NCBI GenBank assembly: GCA_051599415.1
Contig: AP039712.1
Coordinates: 124,001-188,000 of the forward strand
Length of the DNA stretch: 64,000 bases
Direction of reading: 5' to 3'
DNA from: Savitreella phatthalungensis
Lineage: Eukaryota
In this document: in pieces, positions 53,835 to 64,000 of the stretch
Layout: each line of letters begins with the position of its first letter
Position numbering within the stretch: position 1 is the first letter of the stretch
Notes under the pieces: model-generated
Seen by the model: the letters and a program-made list of their open reading frames with translations, nothing else
The model's database searches: none
Told to the model about the DNA's origin: nothing
Program-made: the position numbers and the translations under genes

Positions 53835-55052
53835 CTATTCCGGTGATGGATTTAGATCGACGTGGTCTGCGAAGCTCTGCAGGAAGTCTGCGAGAAGATT
53901 TGCATCGTCCTGATCGTCTTCTGGTGGTGAGATGTCGATGAGGTCGCAGAGGCTGGATACCGCTTCTGGCGACTGTTTGATTGCTGTAGCGAGCGCGGCA
54001 GCAGCCTGTTTGAACGCTACCGTCTCCCTCACCCCATCGCCCAAATCTGCCGCAGTCAGGTGCGGGAACAAGTGACGACCCCAACGACTACCGACGATCC
54101 GACCCAGCAACTCATCCGAGATCAGCGTCACAGGCAACTCGAGTGACGGACTAGACCGTGTGACTCTAGGCCCATTCGTAGACCCTGGCAGTGAGAGTGC
54201 GTTGATGGCTGCGACGATGTCTTCGGCGCTGGCGGTTGTACGGTCGTCGTTGATGTGTGGGATGGCTGCCTGCTGTCCTGCGGAAGGTGGTGCGAGTCCC
54301 GATGTGGCTGAGCCAGGTGTACCGATAGACTCGAGCGCCGTGCGGATCAACCCTTCCATCGCATTCGTGTCTTCCATCTCAGCGTCGTCGTCAGCGTCAG
54401 CGCCACCACCCGACAGCGCAGCAGCAACACCATCGTCCCCACCAGCGCTCCCGAAAGCCGCCTTCCCTGCATCGCTCACGAGGAAATCCATCAGCGCATT
54501 CCGTGAAATGTGCATCGCGTCAGCAGTCCGCGTCACAGATAAGTCAGCCAGTGGACCATCGCGGCCTATCAGCCTGGCGACTTCCGGTGTTACTGGGAGA
54601 TGGTCACCGGATGGGTCGTAGATTGGCTCCAGTGTTGGTGGGTGTTGCGGGTCTGCTAGGAGTTGATTGACGCGGTTGAAATGGTGGTCGTCCATGACAG
54701 AGTCCTTTGACTGCATCCAGAAGAAGTGGAGTTGGCCAGAGGACTCAAACTTGAGCGCATACACACGCCGGTCCCCAGCCTCGCTCACCTTCTCAAACGT
54801 TGCATCCTCGGGAAAGCAAATCAGGTCATCCTCGACCTCACCAGTCTCACGAGACCGCCAGAAGAAGTGAAGCAGCTCATCGTCCAAGACGTCCAAGTAC
54901 ACGAGGCCCTTTGTAGGCTCGGCACGCACCTTGTTCGTCCCTTCCACACGCTGCATTCGCCCAGCGCGAAACCCATACAGCCCGAGTCGATCGCTTGACA
55001 GGGAGGCTCCGAGATTAGCAGCAGCTGTGGCTGTAGCTGTAGCGGTAGCCAT
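53835..55052 (-). CDS. RPN13: Proteasome ubiquitin receptor Rpn13
   Basis: Pru domain FRAGRM...KGLVYL...LLHFFWRSR...EDDLICFP.DA.F...RVYALKF.SS...HFFWMQ; DEUBAD-like FKQA...L.TA. Confidence 0.92.
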   Translation of the reverse strand: MATATATATAAANLGASLSSDRLGLYGFRAGRMQRVEGTNKVRAEPTKGLVYLDVLDDELLHFFWRSRETGEVEDDLICFPEDATFEKVSEAGDRRVYALKFESSGQLHFFWMQSKDSVMDDHHFNRVNQLLADPQHPPTLEPIYDPSGDHLPVTPEVARLIGRDGPLADLSVTRTADAMHISRNALMDFLVSDAGKAAFGSAGGDDGVAAALSGGGADADDDAEMEDTNAMEGLIRTALESIGTPGSATSGLAPPSAGQQAAIPHINDDRTTASAEDIVAAINALSLPGSTNGPRVTRSSPSLELPVTLISDELLGRIVGSRWGRHLFPHLTAADLGDGVRETVAFKQAAAALATAIKQSPEAVSSLCDLIDISPPEDDQDDANLLADFLQSFADHVDLNPSPE

Positions 55053-55237
55053 GTCCTTGCCGTCGCAAATGCGGGTTTGTTCTATTGGTGTGGTTGTCGT
55101 CTGTGTTACGCGTCAGTCACTTCAGGTGACTATACCCTATTTTTAGACTTGAGCTGCAAGTGACGACATACAGAGAAAAAGAAACCGGACGATTGAGTTA
55201 CTACTGTACACATACTCTGGACCTTGTATATTCCAAG

Positions 55238-56251
55238 ATGCCTATCTCATTTGCCGTCATCGGCACCAACTGGATCACGCACTCATTCGTCGAGTCTGCT
55301 ACATCGACTGGAGAATGGACACTGGGTGCGGTCTACTCTCGTGGGATGGAGACTGCTGAAGCGTTTGCGAGCAAGTACGGGCTGCCTCGGGAGACGTGCT
55401 ACACGGACTTGGACGAGCTTCTTGCAAAGTCGTCCGTAGATGCAGTGTACATCGCATCGCCCAATTCGCTCCACCTCTCACAGGCAGTCGCTGTGCTCAA
55501 GGCAGGCAAGCACGCAATCGTCGAGAAACCGATCGTCAGCAACGTCGACGAGCTCGACATCCTCGAAGGGGTCGCAGCACAGGCAAAGAAGGAGAGTGGA
55601 GCCCTCCTGATCGAGGCGTACAGGCATATCCAGGAGCCAAACTTCAAGACACTCCGCCAGAATCTCGGGAAGCTAGGGACGATCAGAGGAGCATCGCTCT
55701 CTTACTGTGCGTATTCGTCACGGTACGATGCGGTGCTGCGAGGAGAGGTCCCGAACGTGTTCTCGAGGAAGTTCGGGGGAGGGTGTCTGGTGGATCTGTG
55801 TGTGTACCCGCTCACTTTTGCAGTCAGGCTGTTCGGTCCGCCAAAGAAGGCAACGTACCATGCACAGCTGCTGCCACTCCCGTGTGCAGACGGTGCAGGA
55901 ATTGCTGTGCTCGAGTATGACGGGTTTGTCGCGGTCTGTCATGCGTCCAAGATGTACACGTCTCTTGCAGGGGTGGAGATCTGGGGAGATGATGGCGTCT
56001 TCGCTACAAATGCTACGGCCGATATTGACTCTGTCGTGCTGAGGAACCCGAGAGACAAGTCGGAGGAGGAGCTGGCTAAGGCGCCCGAGAAGCTCAATCT
56101 AGCGGCTGAAGCAAGGGAGTTTGCACGCATCATCAACGAAAACGACGAGGCAGCATTGAAAGATCTTCAGACACTCTCACGTCACATTGTCGAGCTCACC
56201 ACGGATCTTCGCCGTCAAGCAGGAATTGTGTTTGAGAGCGAGCAGAAGTGA
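55238..56251 (+). CDS. Gfo/Idh/MocA oxidoreductase (YgjR/IolU-like)
   Basis: FAVIGTNWIT, VYIASPNSLH, KHAIVEKP, YSSRYD, F.GGCLVDL.VYP...LFG.P. Confidence 0.92.
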   Translation: MPISFAVIGTNWITHSFVESATSTGEWTLGAVYSRGMETAEAFASKYGLPRETCYTDLDELLAKSSVDAVYIASPNSLHLSQAVAVLKAGKHAIVEKPIVSNVDELDILEGVAAQAKKESGALLIEAYRHIQEPNFKTLRQNLGKLGTIRGASLSYCAYSSRYDAVLRGEVPNVFSRKFGGGCLVDLCVYPLTFAVRLFGPPKKATYHAQLLPLPCADGAGIAVLEYDGFVAVCHASKMYTSLAGVEIWGDDGVFATNATADIDSVVLRNPRDKSEEELAKAPEKLNLAAEAREFARIINENDEAALKDLQTLSRHIVELTTDLRRQAGIVFESEQK

Positions 56252-56364
56252 AATAGGTCACGGTGAGATCTGAGTATGCGTTGAAAATATGCATTCCGTA
56301 AGTATTCCGTGCACGTCTGTGTGTGATGACACGTCTGTTTGTGTGATCAGCGAGTACCTGTCAA

Positions 56365-56685
56365 TCACTGGGTAGGGACGACATCCTTCGCCTTCTGTGC
56401 GCCATCCCTCGTGTCTGGTCCAGGAAGAGTGTGTGATTCAGATGCTACCTCTGGGGTGACCTGGGTGTACTGGTCGCTGTCTTGCTGGTGTCCCTGCTTG
56501 CGAGATGGAGCTGGCTCGCCGCGATTGTGAGGTGAGCCTGTATCGTTCTCTAGCTCGTTCACAAAGGTTGCCTTGTCACCTGTTGCGGCGTTCTTTCCAT
56601 CGACCGTGTGACGCGGGATGACACGGTCTGCGTCATTGGAGGCGTTGTCTAGACCTGATGAACCGACGTTGTTGCTGTCAGACAT
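56365..56685 (-). CDS. Small hydrophilic (hydrophilin/stress-type) protein, 106 aa
   Basis: agcATG context; TATAAG ~75 nt upstream; D/N/S/G/T/Q-rich with no Cys or Trp. Confidence 0.6.
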   Translation of the reverse strand: MSDSNNVGSSGLDNASNDADRVIPRHTVDGKNAATGDKATFVNELENDTGSPHNRGEPAPSRKQGHQQDSDQYTQVTPEVASESHTLPGPDTRDGAQKAKDVVPTQ

Positions 56686-57055
56686 GCTTGTAGAATTGTT
56701 TGGAGGTATTGTTACTGTTGTGCAAGAGTGTCTTGGAGTAGTGTCATCCGCGTATGTACTTATACCTCGTACAGTGAAAGTGAGAAGAGATGACTTTTTG
56801 CCGCTCATGACGTCGTTTCTTTCTTATTTCATGAAAATCATGCATCCGTGCATTTTGTGGGGAAATGTCCAAAGATGCAGGTATCATCATGCACGCACTG
56901 ATTGTTGGGAAGAAGTGGATGCAGATGTGTGAATGAACGCAACGCAGGCGCAGTCTTTCTAGTATTAGTACCACTAGGCGTCCAGTCTGATGTAGTTAGG
57001 TCCAGTCAAGTACAGCCGAGTGGAGTTCAGAGTTTTCTGCTGCGCAAGTGGATGC

Positions 57056-57988
57056 TCAGTCGTCTGTCAGTTGCTCTTGCAAGTGTTCCCGTAATCTGCC
57101 TGTCGATGGACGTGAGATCCTGCCTGGTACTTGCACTCTCCCATCGTCCATCAAGTCATCAAGCACCAACGACGGCACCTGCAGATCAAGTTCTCCTCCG
57201 TTCTGATACTCCATGTCCTCACCCAGCAGCTTGTCCATCCGATGTTGCCATCTATCATAGACGCGCTTTGAAACTCTCCCCTTGAGAATCGATCCGAGCT
57301 GCCGTCTATCCATGGCTTCCGCGCTGGTCAGCTTGTGGCGTACGACCTGTCGCTGCCGAGTCGCATGAAGTTGCTCGAGCAGTTGCCTAATGGTAACAAC
57401 AATGCCAGAGGTGACTTGCGCGGAGATATGCTCTGGCAGATCTTCATCTCTAGCTATTTGTCCCTGGTCAAGAGTCTGATTGCCTACGCGATGCAGAGCT
57501 GCGGAGATTTGCTCAGCTAATCGATCCGAGACCCGAAAGTCCGCATGGCTATACCACGCAGGCGGTAAAGGCCATGCTGACCATCTTGCTCGTGGCCGCT
57601 GGAATGTTGCAGATGCCGTAGGAGTCGCAGATGCCGTCGCAGTCGCAGGTGTCACAGGTGTCGCAGATATCGCGGGATCGCTCGAGTCTCTGATGAAAGT
57701 CTGCTGCTTCATGAGGTGGGCCTGGAGTAGATGCCGAGCGGTATCCTGCCTCTCGAGCACGCGGAGAGAGTCTAAAAGCTGTCTGTAGTCGAATCGCTCA
57801 AGGTAGGTGGACTTGATACGGTCGTCACCTGCATGATCTACATCATCCTGGTTGTCAACAGAGCGCGTTGATCTTGGTACCTGACCAGCAGTAGGCACGC
57901 TGTCATCGGTAAAAATGCTGCCAGCATCGGTGTCACTATCACTGCCGCTAGATGCGCCATAATCAAGAAGATCCCGAGCTCTGGGCAT
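57056..57988 (-). CDS. Rrn9-domain protein (RNA polymerase I upstream activating factor)
   Basis: LDSL..LE.QDTARHLLQAHLMK...WSAWPLP pattern characteristic of fungal Rrn9. Confidence 0.7.
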   Translation of the reverse strand: MPRARDLLDYGASSGSDSDTDAGSIFTDDSVPTAGQVPRSTRSVDNQDDVDHAGDDRIKSTYLERFDYRQLLDSLRVLERQDTARHLLQAHLMKQQTFIRDSSDPAISATPVTPATATASATPTASATFQRPRARWSAWPLPPAWYSHADFRVSDRLAEQISAALHRVGNQTLDQGQIARDEDLPEHISAQVTSGIVVTIRQLLEQLHATRQRQVVRHKLTSAEAMDRRQLGSILKGRVSKRVYDRWQHRMDKLLGEDMEYQNGGELDLQVPSLVLDDLMDDGRVQVPGRISRPSTGRLREHLQEQLTDD

Positions 57989-58908
57989 ACTGTACGAGCG
58001 TTTAGTTGAGAACGAAGACGACCGTTTAGCTTGCGCGTGTTGTCTGATGTGGATGTGGATATTTGCGGAAGTCTAACCTTGTAACTCATCCATGCGATGT
58101 CGCATCATTTGAAGCTTTGCGAGGCGACTCATCTGACCATGCTCTTTCACCCTCATGGGAGAGACGCGTGCTCGCTTACAAGAGCACCAAAAGAGGTCAT
58201 GACGACGGAGAATGGAGGAAGGAGGATGATGGATGCTCCTTTGCCGTTTGGACAGCAGTACTTTTTAGCTGTGATGACCTGACTTGTGTGGATATTTTGC
58301 CTTGGACGAGTTGTGATGCAGTCTCAGAATTGTGATCATGTGCACTTGTTTCTATAAATAAACAATTCTCTCTTTCTTTGCCTTCGATGCACAAAATATG
58401 GTAGTCTACACATCAGCTCACTCGACGCACAACTCCTCCTATCACCCTGGCCTTCCTTTCAACGTCCATCTCTTGAGCTTCGGCGATGAAATCGTGCTAG
58501 TCGATGATGATGCTGCATAAAGCTCTGCGATGTAGCAGCTTTTTTTCGGCCCTTTTCGAGAGGGCTTCCCAAAGTACTCCCGTTTGTCATGACGGATGTG
58601 TGGTCAGACAGCCGGGGAGGGCCAAAGTGAACGCTTCCCTTGATCTGAACCACCTCTCTCCATCAGATTTCCCCATCCTCCACAAGCTATGTATCATGTT
58701 TTCATCCCGCTCCACTCTATTCGCGGTGGAGGTCCAAACAAGGAACTTGATGGCTGGTGGAAGGATGGGGGTGTTGCTCAAAATAGCTCAACGACACCAG
58801 TCTCTCAGGCTCAAGTGCCTCATCAAACGCTCACTCACTGCACTTCCTCAACTATAAAGTGATCTGCCCATCCTCAAGTATTCTCTCCATCCAACGGCAT
58901 CTATCACA

Positions 58909-61821
58909 ATGCCTTCACTCCAATCGTATGGAGCTGCATTGGCAGCAGCTGGAGCTGGTGCAGGAGCACCAGCACCAATGCTCCGACTTCGTTCGCTCAT
59001 TCCACGAAGTGCTGGCTCTACCGACGGTTCAACTGACTCACTCACACTCAACTCAAAGCTCACCGTCCCATACGGGCCTGCCACGGGCACTTCCACCAGT
59101 GTCTACACGCACACTCACCAGGAATTCGACTTTGACCTTGCATCCATCACGTACGACCTCAAGTACCCTGGTGTCGTGCTTGATCACACCGAGCACATTC
59201 ACGCTGTGTTTGACGACACCAAATGCACACTCAGCTTTACCGAGCAACAGGCATTCCAAGTCGCTCAGGACCAGTGGGTGGGTATGTCTCAAAGCAATCC
59301 AATCATCCTCGTTACCACCAACACCCAGACAACCTCGGAGCACACTTTCTTCAAGGTCGAGAAGCTCGAATGCCACTCTGATAATCTTTCTTGCGTCGGC
59401 ACTGGCTCAGCAGACCAGATCTCTTCCCTTGCAAACGGCTTCGACGCTCTCATCGGTCTCCAGAAGCTCGACTCGCAAGACAAGACCGCTGGAAATGGTA
59501 CGTACGGACAAGTGGCCACAAAGGTCAACACTCCTGATGGTCTGGCCGGCTGCAGCTTCGGTACAGGCTTCGATACGTGTCTGGACAATCAGATCGGCTC
59601 TTCCGCAACTCCCCACAGCAAGCGCTCCAGCATCCTTCGTCGTCACTGGCTCGCAGCCAGGGACCTCGTCCGCCGCTCTATCTGCATCACCTGCCTTCTG
59701 GACATGAAGCCACCGACAGACGACAAGGTGCCGCTGATCGCATCTCCAGACACTGGATCCGGCGCTCAATCGGCCGGTCTCGATCGCGCCTGGTCGGAGG
59801 AGATCGTCCAGTCCAGCTTCGGCACAGCCATCGAGCTGAAGGCAGAGACGCAAGGCAAGGTCTACTGTGTCGATTGCCACTCTTCCGGAACGATCCAGTA
59901 CGAGGGACGGCTTACAGTCAACTTCGACAAGGGTATCACTGCCTCTTTCCTCCAGGTCACTGGTAAGGACATTGACATCGATGTGCAGCTCGGTATCGAG
60001 TCGGAAGGCGCCTTCCAGACAAAATTCCAGCAGCAGCTTGTCGAGTATGCATGTGTCGGCATTGAAGTTCCCGGCGTCTACAAAATTTCTCCAGCAATTC
60101 ACATCGCCGTCGAGTCGGAGGTTGACGTCGCCGGCAAGGCTCAGGTCGTCGGAGGTGCACACTACAACACTCCGCAGGTCGACTCTAGCATTGACGTGCT
60201 CAAGCCCGAGAACTGCACCGGTTCGGTTGCCCAGCCTCAGCCACAGCAGACCTTCAAGACGGACGTCAGCATTCAGGCGAGCGCACAGATCACCGTCGAG
60301 ATTGCTGCAAACTTCCACTTCGAGGTTGCCAGCTTATTCACCCAGGACGCTTCCTTCAAATTTACCCAGCAGCTCGAGTTCAGCTCGTCGATCTCTGGCA
60401 GTGGAGGCAACCAAGACTGTGGCACCAGTGGACTTGAGGTCGAGCTCGGCACGTCTTTCAACGTCGGAGGAGTTTGCAGCAATGGGGGTGCCTATATCAT
60501 TGGCGAATTTGAGGCAAAGCCTGAGAAGAAGTGCGCACCACCGAACGCCCAGCAGACCTTCAACAAGGAGCTACCCGTTCCGACACAGACACTCACGCCC
60601 ACCTTTGCTGCCACTCCATCAGCTCCCAGCTTGGTCGCCAAGCCCACGGGCTCGCCTTCTCAGCCAGGCTCACGCGCCACACCTTCGGGCCCCATCTCAT
60701 CTCTGCCGGCGTCGCATGCCGCGACCTCGGGACCCACACCGTCGGCTCCGTTCATCAAACCATCAAACTCCGGTGCCGTCACGCTACCTGCCAGCAGATC
60801 GTCTCCCTCCAATTCGATCCCACCGGTCGCTCTGCCCACACCAATCGGAACGCCATCCTTCCCTGCCGCAAGCCCTTCGTTGTCAGCCTCAAAATCAACG
60901 TCCATTCCTGTTCAGACACTCATCCCTCCAGTCACCCGAGCGCCGACCACGTCTGTACCAGGCTCGTCAGTGTCACCTTCGCGTTCAGCAACATCGGTTC
61001 TCGTCGGCCCCCCAGTCCAGGCTACACCGACAGGCCCGCGCGTCACCCCATCATTCTCGAATGGCACGCCTTCTATCAACACACCGGGCTGGCCGAAGGG
61101 ATCTGCTTCTCCCTCGTTCTCGATAACACCTACCGGAGGCGTGAAGTTGCCTGCCGCCACCGGTTCCCAGTCCGGATCGATTGTGGTTCCATCAGTGACG
61201 CCAAGCAAGTCTGGAGTAGTGATTCCAGGCGTGACGCCAACGCCGACATCTGGCATTCCTGTCGGCGACAACTCGACTGTCTGCCTGCAGAACAAGGAGA
61301 ACGGCGTGGTAATCGTGGTGAAGGAAGATTTCAACTACTACGTACACACCCACGCAGAGGCACAACAGTTCGGATACGAGGCCTTGGCATGGAAGACGTC
61401 GCTCGAGGGTGTGCTCCAGGACGCAAGCGTCCAGCGCTTCATGGGCGTTTACGAAGACGAGATCAAGGCTTACGGTGTCACTCGTATTCGCGGCTTCACT
61501 TCCAGCACCTGGCCGAAGACGGCAACCTGGGTGTCAGCCGTCCACTACGCGTTCGAGGAGGTCGCCACAAACGCACTCGCCTTCCTCGAGACCACCAAGT
61601 CGACGGAAACGGATGTCCGCACATTCTACCCGATTGTCTGCGCCGTCGAGGGACGTGGCTCGATCCTCTTTGCCGCAACAAACCCAGACGATGGCATCGC
61701 CAAGCTCACCTCGCCTGACTGCCAGCAGACCATCACCGGTGGCCATGTCGAGTCATGCTCGTACGTCTCCTGGACAATCACCGTCTTCACTCCCGAGCTC
61801 TTTGCAGCAGGATCGTGGTAA
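58909..61821 (+). CDS. Large putative extracellular protein: Cys-containing beta-rich domains, S/T/P-rich stalk, C-terminal globular domain
   Basis: 970 aa with strong codon bias; YDLKYPGVVLD, VYCVDC.SSG, dibasic KR/RR sites, ~240-aa S/T/P linker. Confidence 0.8.
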   Translation: MPSLQSYGAALAAAGAGAGAPAPMLRLRSLIPRSAGSTDGSTDSLTLNSKLTVPYGPATGTSTSVYTHTHQEFDFDLASITYDLKYPGVVLDHTEHIHAVFDDTKCTLSFTEQQAFQVAQDQWVGMSQSNPIILVTTNTQTTSEHTFFKVEKLECHSDNLSCVGTGSADQISSLANGFDALIGLQKLDSQDKTAGNGTYGQVATKVNTPDGLAGCSFGTGFDTCLDNQIGSSATPHSKRSSILRRHWLAARDLVRRSICITCLLDMKPPTDDKVPLIASPDTGSGAQSAGLDRAWSEEIVQSSFGTAIELKAETQGKVYCVDCHSSGTIQYEGRLTVNFDKGITASFLQVTGKDIDIDVQLGIESEGAFQTKFQQQLVEYACVGIEVPGVYKISPAIHIAVESEVDVAGKAQVVGGAHYNTPQVDSSIDVLKPENCTGSVAQPQPQQTFKTDVSIQASAQITVEIAANFHFEVASLFTQDASFKFTQQLEFSSSISGSGGNQDCGTSGLEVELGTSFNVGGVCSNGGAYIIGEFEAKPEKKCAPPNAQQTFNKELPVPTQTLTPTFAATPSAPSLVAKPTGSPSQPGSRATPSGPISSLPASHAATSGPTPSAPFIKPSNSGAVTLPASRSSPSNSIPPVALPTPIGTPSFPAASPSLSASKSTSIPVQTLIPPVTRAPTTSVPGSSVSPSRSATSVLVGPPVQATPTGPRVTPSFSNGTPSINTPGWPKGSASPSFSITPTGGVKLPAATGSQSGSIVVPSVTPSKSGVVIPGVTPTPTSGIPVGDNSTVCLQNKENGVVIVVKEDFNYYVHTHAEAQQFGYEALAWKTSLEGVLQDASVQRFMGVYEDEIKAYGVTRIRGFTSSTWPKTATWVSAVHYAFEEVATNALAFLETTKSTETDVRTFYPIVCAVEGRGSILFAATNPDDGIAKLTSPDCQQTITGGHVESCSYVSWTITVFTPELFAAGSW

Positions 61822-61980
61822 TCTCCGCAGCTTCACACCGCGACACGTCATGATCTTACCTTCAACGGCTGAACTCTCATCTTCGCATACGCACAGTACT
61901 GAAAAGCTAGTTCAACCTGGCTTTCTCCCACCCTCCCGCATTCGAGGACAGACCATAGCGGAATACCCATAATACTCGTG

Positions 61981-62844
61981 CTACAACCTCGGTCTACCAA
62001 AGGTGGCTTGCATGCTGATCTGCGCGGACGTCGGCGGTCCTGGAGCTTTGTACCTTGTGTGATCCTTACTTGAGTTTGGGCCGTCTGCTTGGCGATAGTA
62101 CATGTTGTAGAGATACCCTGAATCCTTGGGGTCGAGACCCTGTGGGATTGCTATGCCACGAGGCCATCCGGTGGCCTGCTTGATTGTGTTCCATGGTTTC
62201 GCGAGAGAAGTCTCACGGACAAGTCGATCGCCAGCCGTACTCTTCGCAGGAGGTGAGCCCTCGCGCACCTCCACGTGAACACACTGCACGTACATCTGCA
62301 CGCCCCTGCCCCCGTTGCGCGACCACATCACCTCAGCCTCATGCAGCGCAGGCAACTCCGTCCTCAGTACCGCTCCGCCCAACGGCATCTCCTTTGGAAT
62401 CTGCACATTTAGGTATCCTCGTCCGCGAATCAATCTATCACTCTCCCACCCTTCCGACGCCGACCACTTGCCACTGTACAGCTTGGTGAACCCAGTGGCG
62501 CGGTCGACGGCCGGCGTGGGCTTGGTGGTGTCGGCCGGTGCTCCGTAGATGAGGATGACGCCTGCGTGTGAGGGCGCGACGATGTCGTCTTCCGGCCTAT
62601 CGTGCTTGAACTGGAAGGTGAGCGTGGACCCACGGTACACGGGCACGAATGTCGGGTCCACGGATGCAGTCCGGCCGCACTCGAGGTCAGACGACGTGAA
62701 GTCCACTGTCGGACCATTGTCGCGAAGCACAGACATTGCTCGGCCAGCCCCAGCAGTCACACCGTCCACGAAAAACTGGTGCAGCGACATGTGCGCCCAC
62801 ACGCCACACGCCAGAGGCGCTACCATCGCCAGCGTGATAAGCAT
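61981..62844 (-). CDS. AA9 (GH61) lytic polysaccharide monooxygenase
   Basis: Signal ...VWA|H (N-terminal His of the brace), DLECG, PSHAG, LRTELPALHEA, GVQMYVQCVHV, YKAPGP. Confidence 0.88.
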   Translation of the reverse strand: MLITLAMVAPLACGVWAHMSLHQFFVDGVTAGAGRAMSVLRDNGPTVDFTSSDLECGRTASVDPTFVPVYRGSTLTFQFKHDRPEDDIVAPSHAGVILIYGAPADTTKPTPAVDRATGFTKLYSGKWSASEGWESDRLIRGRGYLNVQIPKEMPLGGAVLRTELPALHEAEVMWSRNGGRGVQMYVQCVHVEVREGSPPAKSTAGDRLVRETSLAKPWNTIKQATGWPRGIAIPQGLDPKDSGYLYNMYYRQADGPNSSKDHTRYKAPGPPTSAQISMQATFGRPRL

Positions 62845-63016
62845 GCTCGAGTCCTGTCAAGCGGCATCGTGGGAGCGAGGAGACATGCGCACTTTTATGG
62901 CTGACGGGTAGAGGCGGACATGGGTAACAGACGGCGTTTCACTTGTCAAAAGGTGAAGTTGGCGTTTTGTGATGAATTGGAGGCGATGACGCGTGTGTAC
63001 AGTAAATGATCGATGA

Positions 63017-64000
63017 CTACGAGCTCTTTCTCGGCCTCAATTTCTTGCACTTCCGCAGAAACTGCTTCGGAGACGACGTCATCGTCGGCACTGGTATCGG
63101 TGTCGGTGTCGGTGTCGGGATTTGCACCGGAATTTTGATCGGTAGACTCGACTGTGCAGGCGCACTCAACGCCGAAGACGAGCTAGCTATAGATGTCTTT
63201 GCAAGCGTCGATGCATCTGCCTTAGCCACGATAATTGGCGTCGTGACTGCGATAATCGGGGACAATGATGCTATCGGCGTGGTCGCCGCTGGTGATGATC
63301 CAGCAGCCGATAGCCTTGCCGGCGGCGATGCTTCCGTCTTGGATGTGACGACCGGGGTCGTGGCTGCAGCAATTGGAATGGACGACGACGGTGTGGCATG
63401 CATTGACGTGTTCGAGGTTGCTGTGCCCGGCGTATCACCTACACCTGCATCGACTGCCTTCATGGGTGGCGTGTTGGTGCCATTTGGTGGACCCCACGTC
63501 ACATCGACAGCGCAGTTCGCGTTCACTGCAGGGCCTGGAGCTCTGAAGTCGGTCCAATCGGACTTCTCGTTGTGGTATAGATCGTAGTGGTATCCTGGAT
63601 CCTCGTCCGAAAGATCTTGTGGGAAGTTAATGCCTTTTGTGAGAGCAATCCTATTGCCGCCACTAGACGCGCCCGCTGTTGCTGTAGTAGCAGCAGCTTT
63701 GGCAAAGTTGTCGGTCGCCCCGAAGGTTAGGTCGGTCTGCAGTGGACCATCGACCCTGACAGGAGAAGGCTCGTCCCCCATTACTGAGAGTTGCGTGCAC
63801 TGTATGTACAGTTGAACGCCAGAGCCCGTGAGTCGGAAGATCCTGTCGGCCTCGTGCATGGCCGTCAATTCAGTCCGGAAGATGTAGTTGCCGTCCGGGA
63901 GTGTGTCCGGCACACGCCAATTGACGATCCCTGAGTTATTCCTCAGCTTGTAGTTGTCCCAACCCTCGACTCCACCAGCCTTGTCGTAGTGGCCATGGTG
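63017..64000 (-). CDS. Second AA9 LPMO with an S/T/P/A-rich extension and a basic tail (5' end outside the window)
   Basis: Frame is open to the window end; LPDGNYIFRTELTAMHEA, GVQLYIQCTQL, FRAPGPAV; tail KQFLRKCKKLRPRKSS. Confidence 0.85.
   Translation of the reverse strand, partial: HHGHYDKAGGVEGWDNYKLRNNSGIVNWRVPDTLPDGNYIFRTELTAMHEADRIFRLTGSGVQLYIQCTQLSVMGDEPSPVRVDGPLQTDLTFGATDNFAKAAATTATAGASSGGNRIALTKGINFPQDLSDEDPGYHYDLYHNEKSDWTDFRAPGPAVNANCAVDVTWGPPNGTNTPPMKAVDAGVGDTPGTATSNTSMHATPSSSIPIAAATTPVVTSKTEASPPARLSAAGSSPAATTPIASLSPIIAVTTPIIVAKADASTLAKTSIASSSSALSAPAQSSLPIKIPVQIPTPTPTPIPVPTMTSSPKQFLRKCKKLRPRKSS

Overview
Gene-dense, intron-poor fungal DNA with short spliceosomal introns (48-73 nt; GT(A/G)AG(T/C)/GTATGT donors, CT(A/G)AC branch points). 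The style suggests an early-diverging ascomycete (Taphrinomycotina-like; inference). About 35 protein-coding genes are present. Housekeeping genes include a Pho85-type cyclin, CTF4/mcl1, a NIMA kinase, ADE4, MLS1, SPT20, ARL3, VMA4, RPL24, UBC13, RSC1/2, RQT4, RPN13 and an RRN9-like gene. Accessory genes include an A-T-R NRPS-like reductase, a heme-thiolate peroxygenase, a multicopper oxidase and two tandem AA9 LPMOs. Signals not visible in the ORF track: (1) a box C/D snoRNA (snR58/SNORD104-type guide) in a 5'-UTR intron of ADE4; (2) a candidate telomerase-RNA locus at about 33220-34155 (-); (3) a 1.13-kb non-autonomous CCC-ended DNA transposon with subterminal repeats; (4) an intron containing a perfect 14-bp hairpin; (5) a three-exon coiled-coil gene missed by the ORF finder; (6) a Gcn4-site-rich promoter plus a uORF on the cyclin gene. 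Family assignments come from motif recognition, not database searches.
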